Below, in pieces: positions 28,809 through 39,856 of a stretch of DNA of 64,000 nucleotides (position 1 is its first letter; each line of letters opens with the position of its first letter). A program made the position numbers and the translations under genes. This DNA is from Terriglobia bacterium. GTDB lineage: Bacteria > Acidobacteriota > UBA6911. The notes beneath the pieces were generated by a model that made no database searches, was not told the origin of the DNA, and was given only the letters and a program-made list of their open reading frames with translations. Location of the stretch: contig CAWGRQ010000002.1 of the NCBI GenBank assembly GCA_963824985.1, forward strand, positions 582 to 64,581. Reading direction: 5' to 3'.

Positions 28809-29657
28809 TCAGGCAATCGGGGGAAATCCCGCGATTGCGATGCCATGTGAATCCGCCGCATCGATCAACTGAACCCGATCGACCAGCAGTGTCCGGTGGG
28901 CATCCAGCACCAGAGCCGTTGCGCCCGCATCGATCATCTGCTTGACCGTAGGTGGGCCGACCACCGGGACATCGAAGCGCATATCCTGCCCGGGCTTGCT
29001 CACCTTGATGACCGTGAGTTCCTTCTGATCCGCCAGTTCCCCGGCCCTCCGGATGGTTGCGTCCGTCCCTTCCATGGCTTCGACGGCCACCACGGCCCGG
29101 TCACGCACCACGATCGTCTGACCGATGTCCAAAAGCGCGATCCGATGGGCTATGGGCCGGCCGAATTCGACATCGGCCTGTTCCCGCTTGCTGAAACCGC
29201 GGCGGGTCAGGGTCCCTTCGGGGGCCATGTGGGGCTTCAGGAACTCGGTGGAATCAATCAGGGTGATTCCCGCCTCCTCAAGCACATGAGCCACGGCGCC
29301 GATCAGCGCATCCGTGCTTTTGTGTTTCAAGCCGGCCAGGGTTCTGATCATCGTCAGATCGGGAAGGGCAGAGCCGAAAATCTGTACATGCCTGACCTGG
29401 CCCGCCATGATCGCCTTCGCTACTCCTCCTTGCTGAAATACCCGGATGAGCTTGCCGAGTTGACCCAGGCCCATCCAATGCACCGGGTAACCGCACGACT
29501 CGATCTCCGGAAATGCTTCTTCCTTGATCGCGGCTACCAGCATGTCCAGGTTGCGCGCCCGCGCGGATTCCAGCACCATAAACGGAAAGCGACCGTTTCC
29601 GGCAATCAAACCGTATTTGACTTTCCCCTCGCTCATTTGGCCCTGGTAATCCGGCAT
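28809..29657 (-). CDS. lpxI: UDP-2,3-diacylglucosamine pyrophosphatase LpxI
   Basis: GLIAGNGRFP, DIGQTIVV, AVEAMEGTD and QDMRFDVPVVG. Confidence 0.93.
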   Translation of the reverse strand: MPDYQGQMSEGKVKYGLIAGNGRFPFMVLESARARNLDMLVAAIKEEAFPEIESCGYPVHWMGLGQLGKLIRVFQQGGVAKAIMAGQVRHVQIFGSALPDLTMIRTLAGLKHKSTDALIGAVAHVLEEAGITLIDSTEFLKPHMAPEGTLTRRGFSKREQADVEFGRPIAHRIALLDIGQTIVVRDRAVVAVEAMEGTDATIRRAGELADQKELTVIKVSKPGQDMRFDVPVVGPPTVKQMIDAGATALVLDAHRTLLVDRVQLIDAADSHGIAIAGFPPIA

Positions 29658-29740
29658 TGGGATTGCTTCTGGCCGGTCCGGAAAGTGTTCACGACTGACG
29701 CGAAGCCCTCAATTCCCCTTTCCACAAGACTTGCGGCACT

Positions 29741-30520
29741 TCAGCGGATAAAACCTCTCCGGGAGCTCTCGATGAACTGAACCAGGATCGCAACTTCCGG
29801 CATGGTCCATACCCGCTCTCGTGCTTTCGCAAGGGCATCCGTAGTGTTGAGCCGGGATTGAAACAGAATCCTGTAAAGCCCCTTGAGTTCACGGATTGAA
29901 TCCTCCGGAATCCCCTTACGGCGGAGCCCGACGGTGTTGATGCCATAGATGCCGGCCTCATTTCGGGCGCCCACGGTTTTGATGTAGGGTAGGGCATCCC
30001 GGGTCACCACCGAAAAGCCGCCGATGAAGGCATGCGGCCCCACCCGGCAAAATTGGTGTACGGCGGAGAAGGCCCCGATCTGGGCATGATCGTCGATGGT
30101 CACATGCCCTGCCAGGGTAGCGGCGTTGGCGAAAATAACATGGCTGCCGACCTGGCCATCGTGTCCGATATGGCTGTACGCCATGAAAAGACCGTCGTTC
30201 CCGATCATGGTAACCCCTCCGCCATGCGGGGTGCCGCGATTCACGGTCACAAACTCGCGGAAAACATTGCGATCGCCGATCTGGAGCCGGGTAGGTTCGC
30301 CTCGATACTTGAGGTCCTGTGGATCCATGCCGATCGAGGAGTGGCCGCAAAAGCGGCACTCCGCACCTATTGAGGTCCCACTGTGGAGGCTGACATGCGT
30401 GCCTAATTCCGTGCCGTTGCCAATGCGGACGTCCGCTCCAATGACACAGTATGGACCGACGCGGACATCGGATCCGATCTCGGCCTTCCTGTCGATGATA
30501 GCCGTAGGATGAATGCTCAT
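29741..30520 (-). CDS. lpxA: UDP-N-acetylglucosamine acyltransferase
   Basis: IHPTAII, hexapeptide repeats, PQDLKY, REFVTVNRGT, SHIGHD and VHQFCRVG. Confidence 0.96.
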   Translation of the reverse strand: MSIHPTAIIDRKAEIGSDVRVGPYCVIGADVRIGNGTELGTHVSLHSGTSIGAECRFCGHSSIGMDPQDLKYRGEPTRLQIGDRNVFREFVTVNRGTPHGGGVTMIGNDGLFMAYSHIGHDGQVGSHVIFANAATLAGHVTIDDHAQIGAFSAVHQFCRVGPHAFIGGFSVVTRDALPYIKTVGARNEAGIYGINTVGLRRKGIPEDSIRELKGLYRILFQSRLNTTDALAKARERVWTMPEVAILVQFIESSRRGFIR

Positions 30521-30601
30521 GATGACTTCCTGTCCAGGCCGGTTCCAGGCCGGCCGCCAGGCGGTTCCATGTGCGCCCTCCGCGCCTTGCTGCGATCTTT
30601 G

Positions 30602-31054
30602 TTAGGCACGATCCACGATCGCACACGACATCTCAGCCTCCGCCACGAGCTTGCCGTCCACACGGGCTTCACCATTCATTTTATAAAAATTGCCGCGTCG
30701 GGCGATCGCGGTAACCTCCAGGCGGATCTGATCCCCGGGAATGACCGGCTGGCGGAAGCGGCAGCGATCGATTCCGGAAAAATATACCAGCTTGGAATCG
30801 CTGGTTTCGGCGGTGGCGAAGAACAGGATGACTCCGACCTGAGCCAGGGCTTCCACCACCATGACGCCGGGCATGACCGGATGATCCGGGAAGTGGCCCT
30901 GAAAGAAGGCTTCGTTGTAGGTAACATTCTTGATGCCGACCATGCGGGCCTTGCCGTCGAATTCCACGATGCGATCGACCAGCAGGAAAGGGTATCGATG
31001 CGGCATCATCTCCAGGATATCGTTGATCTTCAGAGACGAAAAACTGCTTTCCAT
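30602..31054 (-). CDS. fabZ: 3-hydroxyacyl-ACP dehydratase
   Basis: PHRYPFLLVDR and FFQGHFPDHPVMPGVMVVEALAQ. Confidence 0.96.
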   Translation of the reverse strand: MESSFSSLKINDILEMMPHRYPFLLVDRIVEFDGKARMVGIKNVTYNEAFFQGHFPDHPVMPGVMVVEALAQVGVILFFATAETSDSKLVYFSGIDRCRFRQPVIPGDQIRLEVTAIARRGNFYKMNGEARVDGKLVAEAEMSCAIVDRA

Positions 31055-31199
31055 GGTTCCTCGGAGGCGACAACGGCAGGGATAAAGAAGAAGGGGATGG
31101 CCCCCGCCTCGGCCATCCCCGGAATTGCACCCAAAACTGCAAGGCTCCTGCTTGTGAATGTCGCGGGCCGGATTTCCGGCGCGGCCGATCAGTCCCGAG

Positions 31200-31811
31200 C
31201 TACTTTTTGACCGGCGCGGCCGGGACCGCACTCACTGGATATGCCAGGTTATAGGCCTTGATAACATCGTCCGTGATGACCAGAGCCGGGTCGACATACC
31301 CGTAAATATTGGAGGTGTCCAGGAACTGCACTACCTGCAGACCCTTGTCTTTGGCCACCTTTTCAATCACCGCAAGCATCTTGCGTGCAATGACGTTCTG
31401 CAGCTTGGTCCGGCGATTTTCGATGTCTTTCTGAGTGTCCTGTTGAAAACGCTGAAAGAGCGTATCCTTGGCGTCGATGGAATCGATCAGATCCTGACGC
31501 GCCTCGTCCGTAAGCTTGGATCCCTGAACTTCGAGCTGGCTTCTCAGGGTTTCAAGCTCCTTCTGCATGCCTTGAGCCTCGGAGCTTTTCTTGTCGACGT
31601 ATTGCTGCAGGACGGTTGCTTCGCGCTTCCCCTCGTCGCAGGTATAAATCACCTGTTGGATGTTTACGAAGGCAACTTTCGCCGGCCCGATTACGACCGG
31701 TGCGGCAGCCTGCGCCGCGGGCGGCGGCGGGGTGGTGGGTGGATTCTGTGCCGCGCCCAGGACCGGCAGGGCCAGCATTGCAGCCAGAAACAGATTTGAT
31801 CGTTGATTCAT
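31200..31811 (-). CDS. skp: OmpH/Skp periplasmic chaperone
   Basis: Signal peptide, KVAFVNIQQV, coiled coil and ITDDVIKAYN; lies between bamA and fabZ. Confidence 0.85.
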   Translation of the reverse strand: MNQRSNLFLAAMLALPVLGAAQNPPTTPPPPAAQAAAPVVIGPAKVAFVNIQQVIYTCDEGKREATVLQQYVDKKSSEAQGMQKELETLRSQLEVQGSKLTDEARQDLIDSIDAKDTLFQRFQQDTQKDIENRRTKLQNVIARKMLAVIEKVAKDKGLQVVQFLDTSNIYGYVDPALVITDDVIKAYNLAYPVSAVPAAPVKK

Positions 31812-31948
31812 TAAGTGTGGTCTCCTTTGCATTTGTATTGGCCCGGCCCACGCGATCCCGTCGGATGCAGAACGAATGCGGAAAGCCCCAGTTGCAGGCA
31901 CACAGGCGAAAAAAGTTACTATACCTCAAACAGGCTCGAAAACCCGAA

Positions 31949-34565
31949 TCAGAAGCTGCGTCCAATCGTAAACTTGATGTCTCGGCGAGGCTCCTGGAAT
32001 GTGAAAGGCACTGTTCCAATCATGATCGTTTTGTTGAGCGTCTGCGGATTAAAGGCGAAGATCAGACGGAACGGGGCATTGACCATGGGGAGCATGAACG
32101 AGATTTCAACTCCGGTGGAGCTGCGCGGCACCCAGTTGGTCGCCTTGATTAAGGTGTTGTCCGTTGCCTGGCCGAACACACCGAGGGCCCTCTGGTCGGT
32201 GACGCTGGTGACTCCCATGTCATAAAAGGCCGACACGGACAGCGGGCCGGCAATCGGAATGCGGTATTCGGCATTCACGAGGCCCATGAGATCGCCCCCG
32301 ATCGGATTCATGCTGCGGTCGATCCGGGCAAGCCCATTGTTAAGGTCGATCACCGGGTTGCCGTTGGCGTCCAGCACGCGAGTCGCCGTGATTACCAGAG
32401 GGCTGATCGAACGGATGTCGAAACCGCGAATGGTCGTTTCCCCGCCAATGAAGAAACGGTCGAAGAAAGGCACAGTCGAATTGCTGAATGTCTTGACATA
32501 CTGTCCCACCAGACGCAAGCCGAATGTATTGCGCCGGTTGCTGATCCAGCGGTCGGGGAAGAAGTAGCGATATTCCACCGTGGGGCGGACCAGGTTGAAG
32601 TCCCCGCCGAGGACGCTTCCGGCTATGCCGACCGACAGGTTGAGGCTCGAGCCGCGCGTGGGATTGAAATAGGCATTCGTGGTGTTCCGGGAGAGCGAAG
32701 GCGTCAACTCGCTCCTGATGATCCCATTCAGTGCGGCATTCGGGTCCCCGCCGGGCGCATAGCCCGTAAACTGTCCCAATGCGAAGGGCTCAAACCCCGG
32801 AGCGATATCGTGAACTGAGATTTTCTGGTATGTGTAGGACATTCCCAGTCGCCACCACGATAAGCGGAGAGGCCGGCTCAGGTTCAAGGTCACCCCGGTG
32901 GTGCGCTGCGTGAACAGCTCGTTTGGCTTGCCGGTGACATAATCGGTGTAGCCATACACACTGTAGGTGTCGAACCGGTTCCGTGAATTGAAGACCGAGA
33001 GGCCCATGTTCCAGCGGGTATTCGAGCAGATAAGGTTCCGTGAAAGACACGATGAAATCGGTCTGCCGGGTGCCCGCCATCAGGCTGAATTCCAGGCTCT
33101 CGCCTCGCCCCAGGAAGTTGTTGGTCTGGTAATTCAATCCGATGAAGCTGCCGGAAATGCCGCTGATGCCGCCAGTCAATCCGATGGACTGCTGGCTTTT
33201 CTCTTTCACCTTGATGTTTACGTCCACCAGCGATGTTTTCTGATCCGGAGTAACCGAGTAGTCCTTCTCCTCGATCTTTTCAAAATAACCGAGCATGTTC
33301 AGACGCTGCACCGATACATCCAGCGCCTGACTGCTGAACACCTTCCCTTCCTCGAGGGAAAACTCACGGCGCATCACCTTGTCTCGCGTCTTGGTGTTGC
33401 CGTCGAACTCGATGCGATGGACCAGGAATTGTTTGCCCGGGTTGACATTAAACGTTATGTCGACGAGTTTTCCGTCAGCCTGAGGCTTGTAGTCCTGGAG
33501 CAGTTCAACATCGATGAACCCATAATTTCCGTAAAGCTTCTTGATGTTTTCTACGGCAGCCTTGACCTTCTTGTAGTTGAGCACGTCCCCCTTGTTCAGG
33601 GCGAAAATTCGCAGGAGAGCTTCGCAATTGAAAATGCCGCAATCTTCCAGCTTCAAGTCCCCGATGTGATATTGCTCGCCGGCTTCAATCGGGATCTGGA
33701 CCAGGAATTGCTGTTTGGTCTTGCGGAACATGGGGATACTCCCTCGGGGTCCTTCGAAGATGCGGGTGAGCGGTTCCCCGATCTGGGCCTGCATGTATCC
33801 ATGTTCCTGATAGAAGGCGCGCAAGTTGGTTTCGAGGTCATAGTCCAGCTTTTCGGCGTGATATTTGTCGGTCCCCTTGAACATGGTGACCAATCCACGT
33901 TCCTTGGTGAGCTTCAGGGCACCTTTCAGCACCTTCTCCGAAAAGATTGTGTTGCCAATGAAGCTGATGTCCCCGATGCGAACCTTGGGCCCCTCATCAA
34001 TGATGAATTTCAAACGGACGCTGCTGGGTGGCACGTCTTCCAATTCCGTGCGCACCGTCCCCAGAGGCTTACCATTCTGCAGCAGCAGTTCCTTAAGTGC
34101 CCGTTCCGCTGCCCGGGTTTTGGCCGGCTCATAAACGGAGTCTATAGTAATGCCGACTTTTCGCTCTTTGAATTGATCCAGAATGTTGGATTCGGTGAAC
34201 GATTTGTTCCCCTTATATTCGATCCCGCGGATCAACGGCTTCTCTTTGAGCAGGAAGGTGACGATCTTGCCCGTATCTCCGTCCGTCGAGGTTATTTCTA
34301 TGTTTTCGAACCACTTAGCCTCTTTGTACAATGCTCTTAAATCAAGCTGCAGGCGCTCCTCGTCGTACGCATCTCCAGCCCGCGCCTGGATGTAGAAGCG
34401 CACATCCTCTTCCTTGATCCGGCGGTTGCCGCGGACATCAATCCTCTCGATGGTAATTTCCGGTTTTACGGGTGGCTGCTGTGGAATCTGCTGGCCAAAG
34501 GCAGAGGTGCCAGCGACGAGCAGCCCCAGCAAGTACCTTATTCCCGGTTTGACCAACTTGAACAT
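31949..34565 (-). CDS. bamA: Outer membrane protein assembly factor BamA, frameshift near 33025
   Basis: POTRA repeats (IDVRGNRRI, GNTKTRDKVMRRE), NFLGRGE, FTEPY, IRGFD and C-terminal FTIGRSF, split across two ORFs. Confidence 0.93.
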
Positions 34566-34744
34566 CCAGCCTCCAGCTTGTTGCAGCCGCATGGGCGAGT
34601 TAATCCGCTGCCAGTGCAACACGTTAGATAAAGCGCATATATTAGTTGAAATTAGGGGCCAAATCCAGCACGAGATTTGCCTGGGAACTATACTCCGGGC
34701 CAGGCCCAAAGTTCCAATTTTTGCCGAGTTCGGAATCAGGCGGC

Positions 34745-37189
34745 TCAGAGATTCAGCTTTACCCCGCTCTCAACTGCGTCCCCGACAGCCACGCAATAAA
34801 GGGCGTCACCCTCCAGATAGATTTCGAGCAACGTCTCCGGCTTGAACTGGTTCCTGATGAGAGATTCTGAAAGCGGATCTTCGATGAACTTCTGGATGGC
34901 ACGCCGCAAGGGGCGAGCGCCATAGGAGCGATCTGCGCAGGTTTTATCCACAATCCATTTGCGCGCCTCGGGACGGAGCCGAATTGTTATCCCCTTTTTC
35001 AGGAGAACCTCATTCCCCTGAGCGATCAGCAGATCGACGATCTTTTCCAGATCTTCCACTGTGAGCGCTTCAAAGAGGATGACTTCGTCCAGCCGGTTAA
35101 GGAATTCAGGGTTAAAAACTCTCTTGACTTCGCTCAGGATCATATCCTCGGTCTTCTTGGCATCCGATTCTGAGGTTGTGCGGAATCCCAGGTGACCGCG
35201 CTTTTCGAGGAAACGGGCGCCCAGATTCGAGGTCATAATGATGAGGCAATTCTTGAAATCGACCGTGTTGCCGAGGGAGTCGGTGAGCTGTCCGTCCTCA
35301 AAAACCTGGAGCAGGATGTTGTAGACATCCGGGTGCGCCTTCTCGATCTCATCCAGCAGCAGCACTGAATAGGGATTGCGCCGCACTTTTTCGGTCAGTT
35401 GCCCCCCCTCCTCATGACCAACGTACCCGGGGGGCGAGCCGATGAGCTTTGATACCGAATGTTTCTCCATATACTCCGACATGTCGAGCCGGATCATTGC
35501 GGTATCGCTACCGAAGAGAAAGGCGGCGAGAGATCTGGCCATTTCGGTCTTGCCTACCCCGGTGGGCCCGAGAAAGAGAAACGAGCCGACCGGGCGCTTC
35601 GGGGATTTCAAGCCGGCGCGCGAACGCCGTATCGCCTTGCTGAGAGCACGAATCGCCTTCTCCTGGCTGACGATTCTCTTGTGCAGCTCCTCTTCCATGC
35701 GCAGGAGTTTGGTTTTTTCCTCCTCGTGGATAGACGAGACCGGAATCCCGGTCCATTTGGCGATCACATCCTCGATGTCCTCGCGCGTTACTTTCAACGG
35801 CGCCGTGCTCTTCAGACGCCAGCGTTCCTTGATCACCTGGAGATTCTCCTGCTCGAGATCCTCCTCCAGACGATACCGCGCCGCCCTCTCAAACTCTTGC
35901 GCGGTGATCGCGCTTTCGATTCTGCCGTCGATGATGCGGATCCGCCTCTGGATGTTTATCAGTTCCTCCGGGATGGAGATGGAACGAAGCTTGACGCGCG
36001 CACCGGCCTCGTCAATGAGATCGATCGCTTTATCCGGGAGGAAACGGTCGGAGATATATCGGTTGGAGAGGTAAACCGCGCTCTCCAGCGCCTCATCCGT
36101 GTACTTCAGCGAATGGAAGTTCTCGTATTTTTCTTTAATGCCATGGAGGATCAGAATGCTCTCGGATTCGCCGGGCGGAGCGACCTTTATCGATTGGAAA
36201 CGGCGCTCCAGCGAACGGTCCTTTTCAATCGAGCGCCGGTATTCGTAGGGAGTCGTGGAACCGATGCATTGGATCTCCCCCCGCGATAAGGCCGGCTTCA
36301 AAATATTGGCGGCGTCAAGGGAACCCTCGGCTGAGCCGGCGCCCACCAGAGTGTGCAGTTCGTCGATGAAGACTACCAGATTGCGGTTCTCCACCAACTC
36401 CTTCATGATCGTCTTGAGCCGTTCCTCAAACTGCCCCCGATATTTTGTTCCGGCCACGATCAGGGATATATCGAGCGCCAGAATCCTCTTTTCCATGAGG
36501 GGAGGAGGAACCTGGCCATTTACGATACGCTGCGCCAGTCCTTCCACGATCGCGGTCTTGCCGACCCCGGGTTCGCCGATGAGGACCGGATTATTCTTGG
36601 TTCTGCGGCACAGGATCTGGATCATGCGCTCGATCTCGTTGTTGCGGCCGACCAGCGGATCCAGGGCATCATTACTGGCAGCCTCGGTCAGATCGCGCGA
36701 AAACTCCGCCAGACTCAACGTTTCCTTCTGCCGGGCCTGCCCGTGCCTTTCTGTCGCCCCACGTCCGAGCTCATCGCGGATGATGGACAAGCGGAGGCCG
36801 CGTTCCCTTAAGATCTCGGCTGCCACCGATCGTTCCTCGCGCAGCAGTCCGAGCAGCATGTGTTCGGTTCCGATATGCTTGTGCGAGAAACGCTCCGATT
36901 CCTCGGCCGCTGCATTCAAGGCTCGTTTGCTTTCGTCGGAGAATGGCAGCTCAACGGATGTGGATACTTTCTCCCGGATTGAGGTGCGTCCCTCTATCTC
37001 CTTTCTAATACTATCGATAGAGGCGTTGGCTTTGGGGAAAAACCGGTTGGTAAGATTTTTGTCCTCACGGATCAAGCCAAGCAGGAGATGCTCGGTTTCG
37101 ATGTAGGGGCTGCCGAACTGGCTGGCTTCATACCGGGCGAAAAAAATCACCCTGCGCGCTTTTTCCGTGTACTTTTCAAACATGCTCAC
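34745..37189 (-). CDS. clpC: ATP-dependent Clp protease ATP-binding subunit (ClpC-type)
   Basis: Clp-N repeats, GEPGVGKT, FIDELH, UVR-like middle domain, GPTGVGKT, LGF ClpP loop and YGARPLRR. Confidence 0.93.
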   Translation of the reverse strand: MSMFEKYTEKARRVIFFARYEASQFGSPYIETEHLLLGLIREDKNLTNRFFPKANASIDSIRKEIEGRTSIREKVSTSVELPFSDESKRALNAAAEESERFSHKHIGTEHMLLGLLREERSVAAEILRERGLRLSIIRDELGRGATERHGQARQKETLSLAEFSRDLTEAASNDALDPLVGRNNEIERMIQILCRRTKNNPVLIGEPGVGKTAIVEGLAQRIVNGQVPPPLMEKRILALDISLIVAGTKYRGQFEERLKTIMKELVENRNLVVFIDELHTLVGAGSAEGSLDAANILKPALSRGEIQCIGSTTPYEYRRSIEKDRSLERRFQSIKVAPPGESESILILHGIKEKYENFHSLKYTDEALESAVYLSNRYISDRFLPDKAIDLIDEAGARVKLRSISIPEELINIQRRIRIIDGRIESAITAQEFERAARYRLEEDLEQENLQVIKERWRLKSTAPLKVTREDIEDVIAKWTGIPVSSIHEEEKTKLLRMEEELHKRIVSQEKAIRALSKAIRRSRAGLKSPKRPVGSFLFLGPTGVGKTEMARSLAAFLFGSDTAMIRLDMSEYMEKHSVSKLIGSPPGYVGHEEGGQLTEKVRRNPYSVLLLDEIEKAHPDVYNILLQVFEDGQLTDSLGNTVDFKNCLIIMTSNLGARFLEKRGHLGFRTTSESDAKKTEDMILSEVKRVFNPEFLNRLDEVILFEALTVEDLEKIVDLLIAQGNEVLLKKGITIRLRPEARKWIVDKTCADRSYGARPLRRAIQKFIEDPLSESLIRNQFKPETLLEIYLEGDALYCVAVGDAVESGVKLNL

Positions 37190-37216
37190 GCACCTGCCGG
37201 ATCATGGTTATAAGAT

Positions 37217-37245
37217 ATTATACGGACCGCCTTGAAATACTGCAA
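37217..37245 (-). promoter_or_regulatory. Sigma70-type promoter for clpC
   Basis: The minus strand reads TTGCAG-17 nt-TATAAT about 30 nt upstream of the start. Confidence 0.55.
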
Positions 37246-37361
37246 AGGTCAAAAGGAGAAAGCCTGATCGACTCCGCGGACTCTGGCCGCCCGAACACCG
37301 CGAAATTCCTGCCGGCCCGCGGTTTTGCAGCCTCCGATTCGAGGCGTTAAAATATTGAATA

Positions 37362-37601
37362 TTAATGATTTGTGACGAATCGTCCGCCCAGGAACTGGCC
37401 GAGGAAGAAGGCGCCGATCATTACCGGGAAAGTGGCCAGATGCCATCCCAGGCCAGAGATCAGGCGGCAGATTATCACCATGGGAACCGGCAGGTGAATG
37501 GCGAGCAGCCATTGGGTGGAATATCTCCGCACCCGGGCTCGCCAATACCCGAAAGGGAGGTTCAGCATGAATACGATGGCCGCCACAATCCAGAGAGTCA
37601 C
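37362..37601 (-). CDS. Small hypothetical membrane protein
   Basis: Three hydrophobic segments (LNLPFGYWRA..WLLAIHLPVP..FFLGQFLGG). The longer ORF-track N-terminus is repeat-derived. Confidence 0.65.
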   Translation of the reverse strand: MTLWIVAAIVFMLNLPFGYWRARVRRYSTQWLLAIHLPVPMVIICRLISGLGWHLATFPVMIGAFFLGQFLGGRFVTNH

Positions 37602-37657
37602 GCCCCAAGTATAGCCGAAAAGCACCCCGCCTGCCGTAAAAGTCCTTAGACCTCTTG

Positions 37658-37862
37658 CAAGGCTATAGCCTTTCAGGCTGTAGGCTATAGGTACAACCAA
37701 CAGGCTGCCGCCAGGCAAACCGCATGTATCATCAGCTTCTCCCGTGCTGCGTCGGATCGGGAGCCTTAACGGACGGTCACGCATGCCTGACAGTCCGTCA
37801 AGGCTCCCAACAGAGCGAAAGTTGATTCACTCCTACAGCCTAAAAGGCTACAGTCTCTATGG
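37658..37862. repeat. Palindromic element family C, copy 1
   Basis: GGCTATAGCC/TACAGCC arrays at both ends and a 50-bp central palindrome at 37759-37808. Reverse-complement homolog at 48446-48657. Confidence 0.8.
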
Positions 37863-37915
37863 TACAGCCTTGAAGTCCTGGTGAGAGGTGCGGGCAAGCT
37901 CGTTGAGCGAGGTTG

Positions 37916-38593
37916 TCAGTGTGGATACAGCTGTCCGTTTTCCAGGCGGCAGATGCGCGTGCACATGGCTGCGAGCCTCTCGTTGTGGGTTACGACAATC
38001 GAGGTCAGGTCATGCTGCTTGTGCAGGGTACGCAGCAGGTCGCCGACGGCTTCGCCGGTATGAACATCCAGGTTACCGGTGGGTTCATCCGCCAGCAGCA
38101 ACCGCGGCCGGCCTACCAGAGCCCGGGCGAGGGCCACACGTTGCTGCTCCCCGCCGGAGAGCTCCCCCGGGCGGTGATGAAAGCGCGCTTCCAGGCTGAC
38201 ATCCGCCAGGGCGGAGGAGGCGCATGCCTCAGCTTCAGGAACAGGCGAGCCGCGGAGCAGCAATGGCATCATGACATTTTCAAGGGCGGTGAACTCGGGC
38301 AACAGGTGATGGAACTGAAATACAAATCCGATGGTGCCATTGCGGAAACGTGACAATCCATCGCGCGACAGCCGGGTGATTTCTGTTCCCTGGATCAGAA
38401 TGGAACCCTGGTCCGGCCGGTCCATGCCGCCCAGGAGGTGAAGCAGTGTGCTCTTGCCGGATCCGGATACTCCGGTCACCGCCAGCATCTCCCCCTTTGC
38501 CAGGTCCAGGTTCAAATCAAGCAGCACGGCGAGGATCTGGTCCCCGGACTGGTATCTCTTGGACAGGCCGCGCACCTGCATGAGATCACTCAT
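37916..38593 (-). CDS. lolD: Lipoprotein-releasing ABC transporter ATPase
   Basis: [30 protein letters not shown] and ADEPTGNLD. Confidence 0.92.
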   Translation of the reverse strand: MSDLMQVRGLSKRYQSGDQILAVLLDLNLDLAKGEMLAVTGVSGSGKSTLLHLLGGMDRPDQGSILIQGTEITRLSRDGLSRFRNGTIGFVFQFHHLLPEFTALENVMMPLLLRGSPVPEAEACASSALADVSLEARFHHRPGELSGGEQQRVALARALVGRPRLLLADEPTGNLDVHTGEAVGDLLRTLHKQHDLTSIVVTHNERLAAMCTRICRLENGQLYPH

Positions 38594-39848
38594 AGCGCAT
38601 GACCTCCACCGGATTGAGACGCGAAGCATTACGCGCCGGATAGAGGGTGGCCAGGAAGCTGATCAGCAGGGCCGTGCCGCAGATCAGGACGACATCCCAG
38701 GTTTTCACATGAAATGGCACATAAGAGATGCTATAGACCTCGGCCTGAAGCTGAATCAACTGGTAGCGGTCCAGAATCCAGCTGATGCCGATGCCGAGGG
38801 TGGCTCCGAGAACCGTGCCGATGAGCCCGATGATCAGTCCCTGGAGCATGAAAACCCACAGGATAGTCTTCTGGGTTGCTCCCATGGCGGTGAGGATGGC
38901 AATGTCACGCTGCTTTTCCATCACCATCATGATCAGAGTCGTTACGATGTTCAGCGCCGCCACAAAAACGATCAGTCCAATCGTGAGGAAGAGAGCGATC
39001 TTCTCGAGCTTCAAAGCGGAGAAGAGCGGTTTGTTGAGATCGATCCAGGTGGTGGTCATGTATCCGGGGCCTGCTGCGGCGCGGATGGCGTCCGCCACCG
39101 GTTCGACCTCCTCCAGGCTGTCGGTCTTGAATTGCAGGACGGAGGCCGCATTATCGGGGAGGGATAACAGCCTGCGCGCCGCGTCCATGTTGGTATAAAC
39201 CCAGTTGGAGTCGTAATCCCAGAGCCCGGACTCAAAAATGCCGGCGACACGGAAGGTCTTTTCCGAAGCCGTCATGCCGAAAGGGGTTAATCGCCCCATG
39301 GGGACGAACACCTTCAGGGTATCGCCGGCCCTGATTCCGAGCGCTCGCGCCATTTCCTTCCCGATGATCATGTTGGCCATGGGGGGCGGGGCATCCGGGT
39401 CGGCGGACGCCGGGCTCCGGCGGGCTTCCAGGGAGGTCGGATCGCCTTCGATAACCAGGGAGAAAAAATCGGAGATCTCGCGTTCGCGAACCGGATCAAT
39501 CCCCTTGAGGATAGCCCCCTGATTGCGGGTTGCGCTGGCGATGAAGACCTGGCTGAAGATTGCCGGGGCAACGCCGGTGACATGAGGCACGCGGGCCAGC
39601 CTGCCGAGCAGGGCTTCGTAGTCTTTCAGCGGCGTGTTGTCGAGGTGAAGGAGGTTGATGTAGGATGTGGCACCCACGATCTTGGTCTGAATGACTTCGC
39701 GTGACCCGGTGGACATGGCTAGAGCGATAACCAGGGCCATCACTCCGGCGCAGATCCCGAGCACGGAGATGGCCGAAATCACCGACACCATGGTCTGTTT
39801 GCGTTTTGCTCGCAGATACCGAAGGGCGACAAACAGCTCAAATTTCAT
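38586..39848 (-). CDS. Lipoprotein-releasing ABC transporter permease LolC/E
   Basis: ALRYLRAKRK, VAALNIVTTLIMMVMEKQRDIAIL and ATLYPARNAS. Confidence 0.9.
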   Translation of the reverse strand: MKFELFVALRYLRAKRKQTMVSVISAISVLGICAGVMALVIALAMSTGSREVIQTKIVGATSYINLLHLDNTPLKDYEALLGRLARVPHVTGVAPAIFSQVFIASATRNQGAILKGIDPVREREISDFFSLVIEGDPTSLEARRSPASADPDAPPPMANMIIGKEMARALGIRAGDTLKVFVPMGRLTPFGMTASEKTFRVAGIFESGLWDYDSNWVYTNMDAARRLLSLPDNAASVLQFKTDSLEEVEPVADAIRAAAGPGYMTTTWIDLNKPLFSALKLEKIALFLTIGLIVFVAALNIVTTLIMMVMEKQRDIAILTAMGATQKTILWVFMLQGLIIGLIGTVLGATLGIGISWILDRYQLIQLQAEVYSISYVPFHVKTWDVVLICGTALLISFLATLYPARNASRLNPVEVMRYE

Positions 39849-39856
39849 CCAGGTTG

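Noticed and set aside
33000-33050. Programmed frameshifting in bamA or tsaD
   Set aside because: No slippery site with a stimulator is evident, and similar breaks are scattered through unrelated genes.
34745-37189. clpC inside the lol-bamA-lpx cluster as a novel system
   Set aside because: All components are ordinary housekeeping genes, and nothing in the sequence indicates a new function.
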